Assembly: GCA_009602725.1 (NCBI GenBank)
Contig: WELB01000001.1
Span: 635,267-699,266, forward strand
Direction: 5' to 3'
Origin: Spirogloea muscicola
Taxonomy: Eukaryota
Length of the DNA stretch: 64,000 bases
Positions 24,420 through 37,849 of the stretch are shown piece after piece; positions within the stretch are counted from its first letter, which is position 1, and every line of letters starts with the position of its first letter. Both the position numbers and the translations under genes were made by a program. A model generated the notes under the pieces. It had not been told where the DNA came from and searched no databases. It saw only the letters and a program-made list of their open reading frames with translations.

Positions 24420-26170
24420 AGAAGAGCTTTTTGGGCTGGCTTGTCCAGCCCCTATCCTCAATGGGCGAGTTCTTTGAAAACCGCACAGTCGCTGGCCCTC
24501 AGGTGAGAATTTCTTGAGAGTTCATGCGTTTTGCCCGCTATCCGCTACCAGGAGACTAGTTTCTCCGACCTGCGGTTGCTTAGGGCCAATTAACACTCGA
24601 CCGGTCGGTCACGGCTGTAGGGTACGTGTCGCGCGTTGTATGGACGCTCGAAGTCAAGACTTTGCCAATTCGAGGCCAAGGCGAGGCCAATGAGTGACCG
24701 ACCGGTCTAGTTTAAATTGGCCCTTAGTAGGGGTTACTGAATGTTTCGTAGCTTCTTGATTCCGTGTGTGCTTTGGCGCTTTCCCTGGTCCCTTCGTCTT
24801 TTCTTTTTTCTGGGCTGGCCTCTCCCAGCCACAGCCCTCCTTTGGTGTTTCCGTGTGTTAGATGTGTATCCGGCTGAGATGGGCTTGCCAGCTGCATACC
24901 TGTCTTTCTTGCGACGACGAGTTTCGGCCTGTTTGCAGCGTGCTCAGGCTAATGCCTTGCACCAGAAAGCTGGTCGAGCTCTAGTTGGTGGTAGAAGGGC
25001 TTCGTATCTGACATCTAGCATTCAGGCATCGATTAGCGGCCTTTATGTATTGACCCGTGGTTACTGAGCGGGTCAATCTGCTGTAGGTTATGTAGGTCTT
25101 TAGATGTGCTTGCCTTTGTACTGGCCATTTGGCCTTCGTTTGTTTCAAATACACGAAATTTATCTCCTTCGACACCGTTTTGTGGCCTTTATGGCCTGCG
25201 GATATTGTCCTTTCTTTTCTAGGCTGGCTTTGCTAGCCCCTCTTTTTCTATTGGCGAGCCATTTCCTTCTCCGCCCTCCTACCAGCCGCGATTGACACTT
25301 GCGGGTTCATGGGTCCTAGCTTCCACAACCTACTGGAGAATATTGCAAGTCTAGGATATGCTCGACGTGACATTAGGCTTCCAGCTCAGATGGGCATGCC
25401 GGCAGCCTACTTGTCATTCTTGCGTCGAGTGTCAGCTTGTCTGCAGCGAGCTCAGGCTCATGCGTTGCATCAGAAGCTGGTCGAGCTTTAGCTGGCAGCT
25501 CAAGAGCTTGTCGATTGCCGTCCAGTATTCGGGCATCAGTTAGCGACCTCTATTTGCTGACTCGTGGTTACTGAGCGGGTCAGCTTAGCAGCAGGCGATG
25601 TACATTTGTCAATGTGGTTGCCTTTGTACTTGGCCACACAGGCCCTCCATCGGGTCGGGTCAACCTGCTGTAGGTTATGTAGATAATTAGATGTGCTTGC
25701 TTGCCTTTGTACTTGGCCATTGGCCTATGTTTGTTTCAAGTACACGAAAATTTCTCCATCACACGCTTTTCTTTTGGAAGCGTCTTTCTTCTTTTTGCAT
25801 CTTTCTCCTTTTTCCCCCTTAGCCAGCTCATTACCCAATTAACAGGACATTTGTAAAGCTAGAATTGGCCTCCCATTCAACTTTTCATGCGCACCGCGCG
25901 CCTTCTCTCTTTGCGCCTCTCGACCCTTTCAGACCTTGTACATTCCCTTTGGGCTGGCCTCTCACAGCCATTGCCGCAAAGTGGACGAGCTGTTCCTCTT
26001 GAAAATGGAAGAGCTGTTTCGTCTCTTGAAGAAGCAGCCGGACTTTCTTCCAGAGAGGAAGAGCACTAACAAGTAGAATGATGGCTGTGAGAAAGTAAGT
26101 GGCTCTCTCGAAGGGGGCAAGGGCTGTGAACAGCCAGCCCGGAAAGATTCGACAAGGTCCGAAGGGGCCA
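24420..26170. mobile_element. Stack of CRE-like retrotransposon 3' fragments (families A, B, C), mostly + strand
   Basis: Family B end SDLRLLSRGY* (split by a MITE). Family A ORF end AEMGLPAAYLSFLRRRVSACLQRAQANALHQKAGRAL...LYVLTRGY* (to 25067) with its UTR, and a second degenerate A copy at 25290-25650. A UTR at 25655-25757, C UTR at 25820-25912, B UTRs at 25915-26010 and inverted at 26105-26170. Confidence 0.8.
24583..24723. mobile_element. 141-bp PIF/Harbinger (Tourist-like) MITE
   Basis: 30-bp TIRs: left GGGCCAATTAACACTCGACCGGTCGGTCAC versus reverse complement of the right end GGGCCAATTTAAACTAGACCGGTCGGTCAC (27/30). TTA TSD at 24580-24582 and 24724-24726. Confidence 0.88.
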
Positions 26171-26906
26171 AGAGCGCTTTCTCAAAGCCTGCCCGGTAGG
26201 ATAATCACTTAGTTACATCTAGTGAGGAGCCGCAAATCAGAAAGTCTAGCAGCTCTCGTTCTGTGAACTGCTGCCTGTAAGAGGTACTTCCAAGCGCCCT
26301 TGCCTGTGGTCTCAAGAAACTTGAGTACACGCAGTCCTCATATATCAAGCAGCAGGCAATATCTGCTATATACACACTTTCAGCAGAGTCGGCATCTTGC
26401 ACACTCTGAGAGCGGAATAAGATGGCATTTATTGGACAGCTAGGTTACGCCCTCACGGCTTGCAAGTGCCTGGCTTGCCTGCAAGAATGTTTATCGTGCA
26501 CCGAAGCGGCTGCATACTATGGAAGACCTTTGCTGCATAACAACAGAATCAGATTGCCTCCTTCTCTAGCAAATGCTATCCCTTAGGCCATAGATGCTCA
26601 GTCATCTGCTACAGAAGTTCAATATACGCTCAACCACTAAAACCATGACATGCAAAAGGATCAGGTTGTGCCAGTGTCTTATTGTGGTTCTGCAACATGA
26701 TCCTTGGCCATGGCAGATTCTTAAGCGCTCACGACGTCAATGGGTAACGATCAGTATAAAAGTTTAAGAGTGTGCTACTCAAGAAGACAAAAGCAGAGTG
26801 TAGCTCTGTTTTCTGTATAAGGCAAGCTGAACAACTTCTACGCACATATGAGGCATTGGACAAGGCATAGTGATCGAGGAAGAGAGGGCAACCTCTCTTC
26901 ACAGTC

Positions 26907-28070
26907 TCAATCATTCCGCCATTTCCTCACAACTTCTGCTTCGGCACTACCAGTGCTTTCAATCTTCAGAGCTTTCGGACCTGGTGTCTTAGAAATTCGT
27001 CGCGGGCCTTTGAAGCCTCTCAACACAAACAAAATGCTGTTCACAAGGAAGGCCAAGATTGACACTCCTTGCGTCAGGAGTAGGTACTGCATGTTGACAC
27101 ATGCAGAATAATTGTGTCAGGCACATATCCACCTCACATCATAAGTGCACCCTAGAAGAAGCAGCTTCGTTCAATGTAATGCAATGGCTGTGAGAAGCCA
27201 GCTCAGAGGAATTCAACAAGTTCTAAAAGGCCGGAAGAAGCCCAGATCACGAAAGCACTCTCCATCACGTCACCCTAGAGCAGTAAGATCACAAGGCTGC
27301 TACATAAAGATGTTGGAACTTACAATCAGGACTATGCCACCAATGGCATAAAGGATTTGCTTCGCCTCATCTACCCAATTTCCCCCTTTCCCCTCACCAC
27401 CCTCTGCTCCTCCATCCCCTCCACCCCAGCCCCTTCCTCTTCCTCCTCCTCCGCCTCCTCCAGCTTTGGTAGCTTCTCGTTTCTGAATCTCCTCGTCCCA
27501 CTTCTTGAACTTGTCTGTCGTGTCTCCAAGTGCAGCCTCCAATGCTCGCCTAGCCTCCTCCTGCCACAACATAGCCAAGATGGACAGACCTGAAGTTGTG
27601 GCATGGTGATATCTCAAGCTGGGGTTACGTGGGCCTCCCGTAAGCGCGGGCCAAGCTGGACTAGGAGGACTAGGACCAGATTGCAGCACGTGCAGCGCTG
27701 CTCTAATAAGTACTGCACTTGATAGTTCCTGCACTTGTTCTCCTGAAGTCCTCTGTGCTCTGAGAAAGAGTGACCAGGAGTCTGAGAGACGCCACTTATC
27801 AGCAGTTCACATATCCGTGGTCTGCTCTGTTCGGGTTATTCAGATGACCTCCAGTCCTGGCCTTACTCGCTTGTCAGCAGCACATGAGACGCTCGCTCTC
27901 CGTCGCGTTTGCAGAGGGGGCTGATTCCGACGTAACGCCGCGTCAAGTTGGCATCTGCTGCTGCGAAGGTGCGGGGCAGTGACACTGAAGCTCGACCCCC
28001 GCTGCTGGTCCAGCAGATCGGACTGCGCCGCAACCTGTGCACTCCAGGCGGCCTGCAGGCGAGCCGCCAT
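26907..28070 (-). CDS. Conserved plant Gly-rich, probably plastid-targeted membrane protein of unknown function, at least 3 exons
   Basis: Transit-peptide-like MAARLQAAWSAQ...RRASVSCAA. Then EEARRALEAALG...FKKWDEEIQKRE, a poly-Gly tract, WVDEAKQ, a hydrophobic segment, LFVLRG and the C-terminus SAEAEVVRKWRND*. This recalls an uncharacterised plant family. Confidence 0.72.
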
Positions 28071-29006
28071 GCGCGCGTGGGCAGGCCAGGCTACAGCGAA
28101 TGAAGCCTGCCCCGCCAATGAGGCTTAGGTAGCTCTCACTCAGACTCCGGCGCAGCGCCCGCGCGGCGTCGGCGCGCGAGCGCGCGGCACCGCAAGAGCG
28201 CCTCAGGAGGGCGGGGGTTTTGGGAAACGATACTTGGACCTCCACCTTTAGCTATAGTCTATCCTTCCGGGCTGACTTTTCATCACTTCCCGGCCCCTTA
28301 CCTTGGGCGAGCTTTTTGCTTACATGTGCAGTGGACCTTGTCCTTTCTCTTTAAGGCTGGCTTTTCACCAAAGTGAACCAAAAGGGGCCGCATCTCTGAC
28401 GAAACCGCAGTATCTGAAGTTAGTGGGAATGCGCGACCATCAAAGTTCTTCCGCCGTAGCGGAGAGCTGGGGGCGTCACGCTAGGAATCCTGGCCTAGAC
28501 CTCACTCTCTCCTTGCCTCCCTGCTCCTGGTGCCTGCTCCCGCGGTGGCGCTCCAGCACACGTCCCGTCCCCCAGCGCTGCCCTGCATACTAGCGTGGAA
28601 CACTGCCGTGACGAGGCCAGGGTGCGGCATGTTGCTGCGGCGAGGAGCTCGGGATCTTGCGAGCGGACCCCCTCGTTCGCGGCTAGGGGTGGGCAGGGGC
28701 AGGCAACGAGCATGTGCAGCATAGACCTGGCATCTGCAGACGGCGCTGGCATTGAACAAGGCGGATGCAAAGCAGGTCATCTACATTCGCTCATTTGCAA
28801 GCCAGAGAAACGCCTGGCTAGGTCACTTCCAGAGGACAAGGAAGATGTGGCCCCCTCAGATGAAAGGAGCCCTGCTTGGTGACGCCATTGACGACCGTGC
28901 TGCTCCAGCACGCTGTTAACAGGCCGCCGACGCACCATATAACCTCGGCTATAGCTGAAGAGAGCCTCGAGACGGTGTACCTGCAAAGACCAACTACTGG
29001 AGCAAG

Positions 29007-32000
29007 ATGGCAGCCTGGTTGCAGAGTCAATTCCGCAAGGCTGAAGGTGGACTGTCGACCAAGCCCCATACAGTAGAGCCCCTGCAACTTTGGATCTTGT
29101 GAGGCGACTGTTGTACTGTCAAACACCCTATGATGTCCATCTGCTCTCTGTGTTAGATGAATGGACTGCATCTGCTGAGAGTACAGACTTCTTAAGAATG
29201 CATCACACTGGTGCAGCTTCCATCTTCAATGTTAGATTCGTGGTGAATGGCAAGCAAGCTCTTGCTACCGTCTTGTCAGGTTATGTATTGTACTCACTGA
29301 TGCAGAGCTACTAGAAGTTGTCGACCGTACCGCAAAGAGTGCTGTCATCAGAGAGCGTGAAAGCTCAGGTATGACCATACCCTCAGTGTATCTTCTATTT
29401 GCTGCTCACAAGGACACGCATAGGTGTATCATCATGAAGTATTGGTGCGTGAGTGCTGTGTATGTCAAGGTTCCACAGTAGTAGGACGCCAGCAGCAATG
29501 ATCAAACGTGCTCTGGAAGTTGCAACCCCTTCGAATTGGCAGACTCTCGTGTGAATGTGAATGTCCCTCCTCTGATTTTCACTGTATCCACTGTGCTCTC
29601 AGGTCAAGATGGGAGTGATTTGAAAACAGGGAGCAGTCCTCTTACTGCTGGCAAGGTGGACATTAACCAGAAGTGGTAGTAGAGATGTTGTTTCTGCTGC
29701 ACATAAATTGGTCGTATATTGCTAATCATGAGCCAAAGGGTTGCTTCTCATGCTGGAGAAAGCCTGGGACTCGTCTGTACGTTAAGATCCCACTCATTGT
29801 GTACCAGGGGATCTAAGCAGGCCGTAAGTTATGTGCAGGTGCCAACCCGTACTCCAGAAAATGTACTGTCCAAGCGACTTGGAGCCAGCAGAAGCAGCTC
29901 CTATACGGACCTGGAAGCTTCAAGTCTTGCTCAAGCGAAGGCTAAAGTTGAGACAGACACTTCTGAAGGAGGATTGCTCAGTCAGGAGGATGATGGATCA
30001 GCCGCTGGGTCTACTGTCCCAGGTGAAGAAATCGAGGAGGGTACATGCACTGACGAACAAGTGGTAGCTAGCAATGGAGGCTCTGAAACCCTGTCAACTT
30101 TGCCAGCACCAGACATCTCCAGAGAGGAGGGCATGCTTGTAGGACCTCAGGAAGCAGAGGTTAGTGCTATCAATGAAGCAGAGTCATCTATCAATCACAG
30201 CGTGGCCTCAAGTACATTGGAGCAGACGGACTCTCCCCTGCCAAAGCTCCCAAAAGATGGGGAATTTGAAGATGGAAGTGCTGGGGATGTCAGCAGTAAA
30301 CATCCGGAGGAGCTTGAGAGGTCCACCGTTGTAATGGACAGCGACACAACCAGGGCCAAAACCTCCGCAGTAGGCCAAGTAAATATGACCTTGACCAATG
30401 GACACGTAGAAACAGCTGACCAGACAATGGATGAACACCAAGAAGAAACCTCAGCAGATGAAGGCCACTCCAGAAGTGCTAATTTGGAGGTGGATTCAAA
30501 TGAGGTACTCAGCCGTGCCTCACCTGCATATGCCAGATAAATAGTTGTTCAGAGCTATGCACTTGCTTGGGACTTAGTCACACTTGCTTTGAACCTCAGT
30601 CCTAGCAGGTGCTTATGCACTCTTGGCAGGCGACACCGAGCAGACCATTACCATTGGTGTTATGTAATCATGGCCTGTCCATCATGGTGAAGCTGGTAGT
30701 TGAGCCTAACTTGACCATCGTCAGCATACAAGTACACTGTTGCTCATTTCCGATTGCAATATGTTCTGCTTAATCATCTCTGATAGGCTCAAGCCCTGTT
30801 GAAGATTGCATCATCTGGAGGACAGACGAAGGAAGCAAGACTGGCTAAGGTATGAATTGATAGTACTTCAAAGTGCATGGCAGACACTTCACATGCCTTG
30901 CTTGTGGAGGTTCTTTTGTTGTCCTGCTCCAATTGTGCCCCTGATTGAAGTCTACCTTTAGAATGTGTTCTTACTCTTTGGTCTCACCAGCTTAACCCTG
31001 CCTTTGTGGTGCAGGTGTGTGCCAATCTCTCTGCTCGACTTCAGGAGTACAAAGCAGAAAATGTGCAGCTAGAGGAGCTTCTGCTCATTGAGGTAGGGCC
31101 CAGCAGGTGAAACAACATATGTAAAATTGGCAGGGCACTTCTGCCGGAGTTTTTGGCAAGCAGAAAATGCTTGCATTCAGAACCTCATCTACATTGACTA
31201 GACAACTATAAGTAACCAGTCTGAGCACTTCAAGGTGTAGCTAGGTATGATCTCGAGTAAGGCGGCAGTGACCACTTACTGCTATTTGTGATGATCCCTT
31301 GCTGAGCAGCGAGAGGAGAGAGCTTCTGTGGACAAAATCATTAAGCACTTCGAGCAGCAACTTTCAACGGCTCAGGCAACTGCTGCAAGTATGGAGGCTG
31401 ATCTGGCTGGAGCATTGGCAGTCAAATCCGCGGAGATGTCAGCATTGACCTCAGCCCTGCACGAAAGCAGGCAGCGTGCCAATGCTGCCGAAGCAAAAGC
31501 AACTTCTCTACAAGTGAGCAGCCATCAGAGAATTGCATTGACGTATTGGGGTCTGTCACATCTTCTCGGGCTTTAAGTTCTGTTCTCTTGCAATAGCGAT
31601 AGTAGGGCAACAATGTACTGGAGCTCAAGTCCTTGTCTACATGGATGGCACATGTCTTGTGCAGGCGACAGCAGAGGTGTTGACAAGGACTAGGGATATG
31701 TCTGAAGCTCGAATCATTCAGGTTCACTTGTAAACCTTCTGCTAGAGTAGAGTCTATGATATTTTGGTCCCCACAACCACTCTGTATGCTTGTAGACAAG
31801 ACATTTTGACCTGATGAAGATAAGTCAATGTGTTAGATGTGCTAAAATAGCACTATCTGTCATGCAGGCTCTACGATAGGAGCTCATATCTGCTGAGCAA
31901 AGAGTTGAAGAAGAAAGGCTCGCTCATGTTGCAACTCGACAGGTATGGTCATCGTGAGTAGATAGGTGATTGGGAGGCCTTCACTAGCCATGCGAAAGAG

Positions 32001-35000
32001 CAACCCTGGTCATGTCTACTCTTGTCCCAAAGCGTCACTGAGTTGTGTGTGGGGTCATGACATCATTGTCGACCTTAGAGAAGGACAACTACTCCTCTAC
32101 TAACGGAGCATGCACGTCGTTTGCACCTTCCTCTCTCTCCTTCCCAGTTTCTCGTTCATGTATCTTCTCCTTCAGTTGCATGCATATGTGTGTTCGCTCA
32201 CTCTCACTCCCACTCCCTTCCTCCTGCATTTTGCAGGATGCAGCTGGACGCGAGAACGATCTTGAGCAGCAGCTGACAGAAAATGTTGCTGCACTGACCA
32301 GAATGCAGGTATTGCTGATGCAAACATAGCACATAGTTGGTCACATAAGAGTGGCCGATGCATGGCATAGGTGCCGAGACACCCTGCTAGGAGTAGGTAT
32401 TGCAAATTACTGACTGCCGGGAGCATCTTTGCCAATGTCCTTCATCCCTGAGCTACAGAGGTCTCTTGAGGATCGAGCATCAAAAAATCAAGACTTGGAG
32501 CAGAGGATAACAATGCTGGAGGTGGGCATCCTTCTACTGCTGACCATGGGACTCTTGGATCTCTGCACTAGACTCCATAACCTCACCCTACCTCACTGCA
32601 TATTCGCAGAGCGATTGTGCTGCACTGAATGAAGAACTTCAGAAGGCTGATGCACGCTTGAAAAGGGAGCAGAAGAGACCATCCGAGGATGCAGGCAGCT
32701 CAATACAGGCGAGCTGCTTCCTCTTGCTCTCTTCAGGATAGTGGCAATGTTGTGGATGGCATGTGGCATAATCTGAGATGTAATTTTGTTGGCCAGTCTT
32801 ACATGGAGTTGGAGATGAAGTTCGACTGCAGCTTAGATCTGACCTGTGCCTTCAAATGTGTACTTTAACGAGGTGGTTTGTAGTGGTTAAGATCCAATAG
32901 TTCCTGCAACCTGCAGGTACAAGCATGGAAAGAAGAGGCTGAACGAGCTCGGCAAGCCCAACGGGAGGCAGAGGGCGCCAATGTTTCGCTGGCGGTATGC
33001 TTGCACTATGGTTTCAGATTCTATGTTGCATCTCCGTCCAACTTACCTGGCTACAGACATTTCATGCAACGCTCACCATGAGAACCTTTGTAGGCACACT
33101 GCTGTGCTTCATCCTGGTGTTGTGCCAAGGAAAGCCATGTGGCAATCGCTTGTGCACGATGTCATTAATTTCACCGTAGCACTTGACAGGCGGAGGTGCA
33201 GAAATTAAGGGTGGAGTTAGCAGCAAGCAAGCGTGACATGGACAGTGGCTCAGCTCAGGTGGATGTAACCTGTCATACATCTCTTAGTACATCTCCTAGA
33301 CATGATTGATGGGCATTGCCTGGTACATCCTAGTCATTTGAGTTATTCAAAGAAAAGCAAACCTGTCAACTGATCTATCTCCAGCTTGCTTATTGTCATT
33401 GGTGATTAAGCTAGCAGCCAACTCATTTGGTGATTGCTTGCAGGCTCAAGGAGAACTGGAGAAGAAGTTTCGGGAGTTGACCGAACTCCTTGTGCGTCAG
33501 AGAAGACTGGCAGCCTGTCCTCATGCATCCTGCATAGCCAAATATCTGGCACTCTATGACTTATTTTAGCTTGGCATAGCCATCAACTTGATTCTGAAAT
33601 CTTCACTGGCATGGCCCACTCCTACAAGCTGCCAGACATTGCCAGGATTGAGTACTGTGCTTGCTCATTTATTCAATTGCAAATTTCACCTGCAGTACTT
33701 CAAACAGACACAACTTGAAGCCATGTCCAGTGAGCGTCAAGCCGCAATTATGCAGCTTGAAAGAGAAACCAAACGTTTTCGGGAGGCCAAGGTAAGTCCT
33801 GTGTTGACATCACTACCTTGATGCTAGATTTGCAATTGATCTTCACTGCTTATCTATCCTGCATAAGTGATCACTCAGCTGCCACAGTAGGTAGGCAAGA
33901 GTACCTTCAACATTGAGTCACCTTGACACTTTGTCACCCGCATTTGTTATGAGTAATCGTTCACCTCAGACAAGCCACTACTGTCCTGGAATCCGCAGGC
34001 TCAAGCTGAACGAGAGCAATTAGTAAACAGATCTGGGCATGCAACAGACGATGAGGAGCAGGGTCTCAGATCCTTGTATGCCTTGCTTCCTGCAAATACT
34101 GGCCTCAACAACAAGATGCAGATGCAGACGCTTGATTGTTGACTCGCTTTGCTAATCTGGAGTTTTTGAAGAGAGGTGTTATCTCACAGTTCAGATTGAA
34201 GCAGTCCATGTCTCCTATTTCTCCTTTCTCCTTATATAAGACTGTGCTGTTCGAGTCTTTTCGGCAGGACTTTGGCACCGAAGTTGCACCAGCGCAAGAG
34301 CATAGTTGGCCCCAGCCTCCGGGTAAGTATTGACAGATTGTGATGTATCATAAGAGAGGCAGATGCAGGAAATTTGTGCTCCACTAGCATGTTATAAGGT
34401 CCAAGACTGGCAAGCTGCTTCAGCAGGCTCGTGCGTCTTCATCATAATCTCCTCACTATTCTTACAGTTGTTTGAATACCTTAAAATATTCCAAACAACA
34501 CCTAGCTGAGATAGATGCAATGGGTTCCTGCAGAGTGCTGTCAAGCTCCTTGACAGGGGTACTGTGCAAGCTGGCAAGTTCCTGTGGAGACGCCCAGTGG
34601 CACGGCTTATTGTCTTTTTCTACCTTGTAAGATCCTTCTGCAACCACTTGTGAGGCTTTTGGGACATTGACGATCAGATGTGTTGGCTATCATGACAATC
34701 GTAATTGCCCTGATTTATTGTAACGACCTAGATAAGTTACATGTCGCTGGTGGACTTCTAACATGTGTGATATTCTGCCTGTGACATATGCATTCTGCCC
34801 ATGGCATTGCGTAGGTTTTTGTTCATCTATTCCTCTTATACCTGCTTGGTCGGTTACAGGTGAGCTTCTGCTGTTGTGAGACTAACAAATGTACAATTCT
34901 GCAGTTGCCACTACATTCTTGTCTAGGTCATTGTCTCAAGCGGTGCGTTTAGATTGTTGTACATTGTCGTCACTCTCAAAGGCTTTCGTCTCTTTCACAA

Positions 35001-35273
35001 TTGAGTTGCAGTCTTGACTTGCTCCTTTCTCCCAGCTCTGGAACCATATAGAAGTGCATAAAGCATGTCAAACGAATTCTAGTTCTACTGGTATGTTCCA
35101 GAACCATGGGCTTGCATGTTGAGGAAGGGCAGCAAATGCTCTAGTGATAGTTGCACAAATCGATGTTGTTGCTGCAGGACTTGGCGGAGACATTGGAGGG
35201 CGCTGTTGCCTCCAAAGCAGGGAGCCTTGCTAATAGCAAGGACTTGTTCCCTGGCATGACAAGGCAACCCTGA
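29007..35273 (+). CDS. GC1: Golgin candidate 1 (golgin-84 family), multi-exon, with in-frame TAG at 31877-31879 (possible pseudogene or sequence error)
   Basis: MAAWLQSQFRKAE|ELLEVVDRTAK, GQTKEARLAK|VCANLSARLQEYKAENVQLEELL, IQ|VQAWKEEAERARQ, YFKQTQLEAMSSE, and C-terminal KLLDRGTVQAGKFLWRRPVARLIVFFYL|VFVHLFLLYLLGRLQ. Confidence 0.88.
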
Positions 35274-36041
35274 CTGTGCCATATGAATGGGCCACAGGCT
35301 TTGCATGCAACGGCCACAAGTTTCAGTACTTGATACTCCCGCAAGCTCAGGAACGAAGCAGTACTGTGCACAGGACTTACTGCACAGGTGTACATTGGAG
35401 AAAGTGTCTTTAAGTCACCTGTGTGGCTGGCCGAAGCTAAGAGCAGTGAGGATGCATCGGCACTAAGCTGTCAAAAGGCGACTGGGCACCCACATGCCAT
35501 CCCATGCGCTACCTTGGTGCTCCACATGCACAGCTAGCTCGTCAGATTACCTGACATGTCAATGCACCTACAGTCTTTGTGTCGCACTTTTCCCTCAAAA
35601 TCGAGGGGCAGATAGTACATGAGTAAGACATCTGGTGAGAAATAGCTGCCATCTGCACAAGAGGAGGGGGCTTCTGACGGCTTCATGTCTTTGCACCACG
35701 TGAGCTGCTGAAGGGCCGCAGTGCCTTGCAGCTTACCTCCCCATTCATGCGAGTGCAAGATCAGATCAAGCAACACCACCAGCCTGCTAGTCCACCTAGA
35801 TCAGTGCAAGGAAGGCCCATGCCGTGCCTAAACAAGGTCTCCTGCTCCTTCATCTAGGGCTCAAAATAACAAGTCGCTGAGATGAGGGTATAAAACGCCT
35901 GGCCTGCTCCAACAAGCTGCACAACCACCTGATGAAGGCGTACAAGCTTCACTTGAAAAGCCAAAAGCTCCAAGCTTCTAGGTGGCCCAAGACCTTGCTG
36001 CTGCCGCCGAATGGGTGACTCTAAATCCGGGCTGGCTTCCC

Positions 36042-37640
36042 TCACTGCTTACTCAACTTCAACTCCTGTAGCTTCTTTTCCAGCTCGCCACTCTGCATGT
36101 GAACCGAGAGCCCATCAAGCGCCACATTGATGCAGGCTCAAGAGTTCACTATGACCTTGGCAGTCCTATCTACCAGCATGCATGCCCGTGTTGCAGAGGT
36201 AACCTCACCAATCAATGGTCGTCCAGGACTACATCTTACAACAAAGTAAGACTCTAAATGGTGCGGTGCGCTGGCCGGAGAGAGCCATACCCTGTGCAAG
36301 CTCATCAGGATGTCGCTACCTCCCACAAACTCGCCATTGATGTAAACCTGAGGAACCGTTGGCCATTGACTGTCCAAAGGAGGCACCTCAATACAGCTAG
36401 CTGAGCAAGTTGCACCCTTGAGGCCTACGGATAGCGCTACTCAAGCACCCGCTCCTCAACTACCTGTGCTTAAGGGGCAGCACAATGCAAGATGCAACAC
36501 GGTGATAGTTACTGCTCAACAAAGGAGCAGAATGGGGTGAAGCGTCGTGAAGCTGTCAAGTCAGCGCCTCACTGCACCTGTAGGTCTTGATCCCTTGTCT
36601 GAGTTCATCATCCTCAAGAACATTCCTAGACTTGTAATCAACTCCTGCCCGAGCATAGAGAGCATATAAACGGCAGGTGTTACACAGGAGTAAGTCAGAT
36701 GTTTCTCACAACCAATGTCCAGCTTAGCACGACCAGGTGGGCGAGCGTGCCTGTGAAGGATTAAGCGGTCAACAGCCAACACGCACCGTATACGTCAAGG
36801 AGCTGTACAACCATGGCGGAGAAGCCGCACTGGGGGGCATCAGGCACGCCCTTCATGAAAACCATCACTGGGTTCTCCTTAATGTCCTGAGAGTGGCAGC
36901 CAGACAGTGTAGCCCGCAAAAATCACTTGCAACGATTCAGAAAAGCATGCAGAGACAGCCTCAAGGGAGCTCCACATCATGAGAAAAATCCTGTCACTGC
37001 GTAGACCTAGAGCCAGTACTCGAGCTATGATGCTGGCAAGCCTGCAGCCATTGCGAGCTGTAGATGCGAGGCAGCATCTGTGTGTGGGGCTCGCAGAGCG
37101 CTGCCCGCGAGTAACGGCCACTCTTGTAGCTTCATGCGCTGCTGTGCGCTGCGAGAAGTGGCGGGCACCACCACCTTTGCACGCCTCCGTGCCGTTGCAG
37201 CCGTTTGCCGAGGAGGCCTCGCCTGTGGCCAGGTCGTTAAGCAAATGGAGGCGCAGGGGCGGCGGAGAGCCCCACCTTCTCGATGTGCTCGTGGACGGGC
37301 GGCGCGTCCGCGGCGGTCCGCACTCGCGGCTTGAAGTCGTCGTGCGTCTCCTCGTCCTCCACCTTGAGCGCCAGCCCCCGGCGGGCCCCCGCTGCACCTG
37401 CCCTTGCGGCCCAAGCGGGCAGCCGGCAGAGGTGGTGCGTCCCGTCAGCACCGGCTGCAACGTGCGGAGAACCAACCGAGGCAGCTGCGTACGATGCCCT
37501 CGAGAATAATCCCCCGGAGGCCGTGAGCCCCTCTCACACCAGCGCTCACCTTGGGGGCTCGCGGCGACGACGGCGGCGGCCCGCCGAGCCACCTCTCGGC
37601 GCAGCCCCCCAGCCGCCGCCCGCAGCGAGCAGGCCAGCAT
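36042..37640 (-). CDS. GRXS15: Monothiol CGFS glutaredoxin, mitochondrial type, multi-exon
   Basis: Presequence-like N-terminus from ATG 37640. Motifs [66 protein letters not shown] and SGELEKKL. Stop at 36042. Confidence 0.93.
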
Positions 37641-37849
37641 CGTTGCGACGAGGCACGCCCGCTGGCCACTCGGCCTGGCTAGGCCCGCCCTGCTGCCGGC
37701 GCCGCCGCTGCTTGCCGCCGGCGCGGCGCCCTGCCAAGGCCTCGACGTCGGCGTCGGCGTCGACGTCGGCGTCGGCTGGTGCCGAGAGTGATGGAAGGAG
37801 TAGTCAAAATTGTGGGTTCGAGTGCGTTTGTCGAGGTTCCAAACCCCTG

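Noticed and set aside
36029..36040. GGGCTGGCTTCC in the convergent golgin/GrxS15 spacer as a retro copy
   Set aside because: It lacks the complementary CAGCC arm and flanking UTR similarity, so it is probably a chance match.
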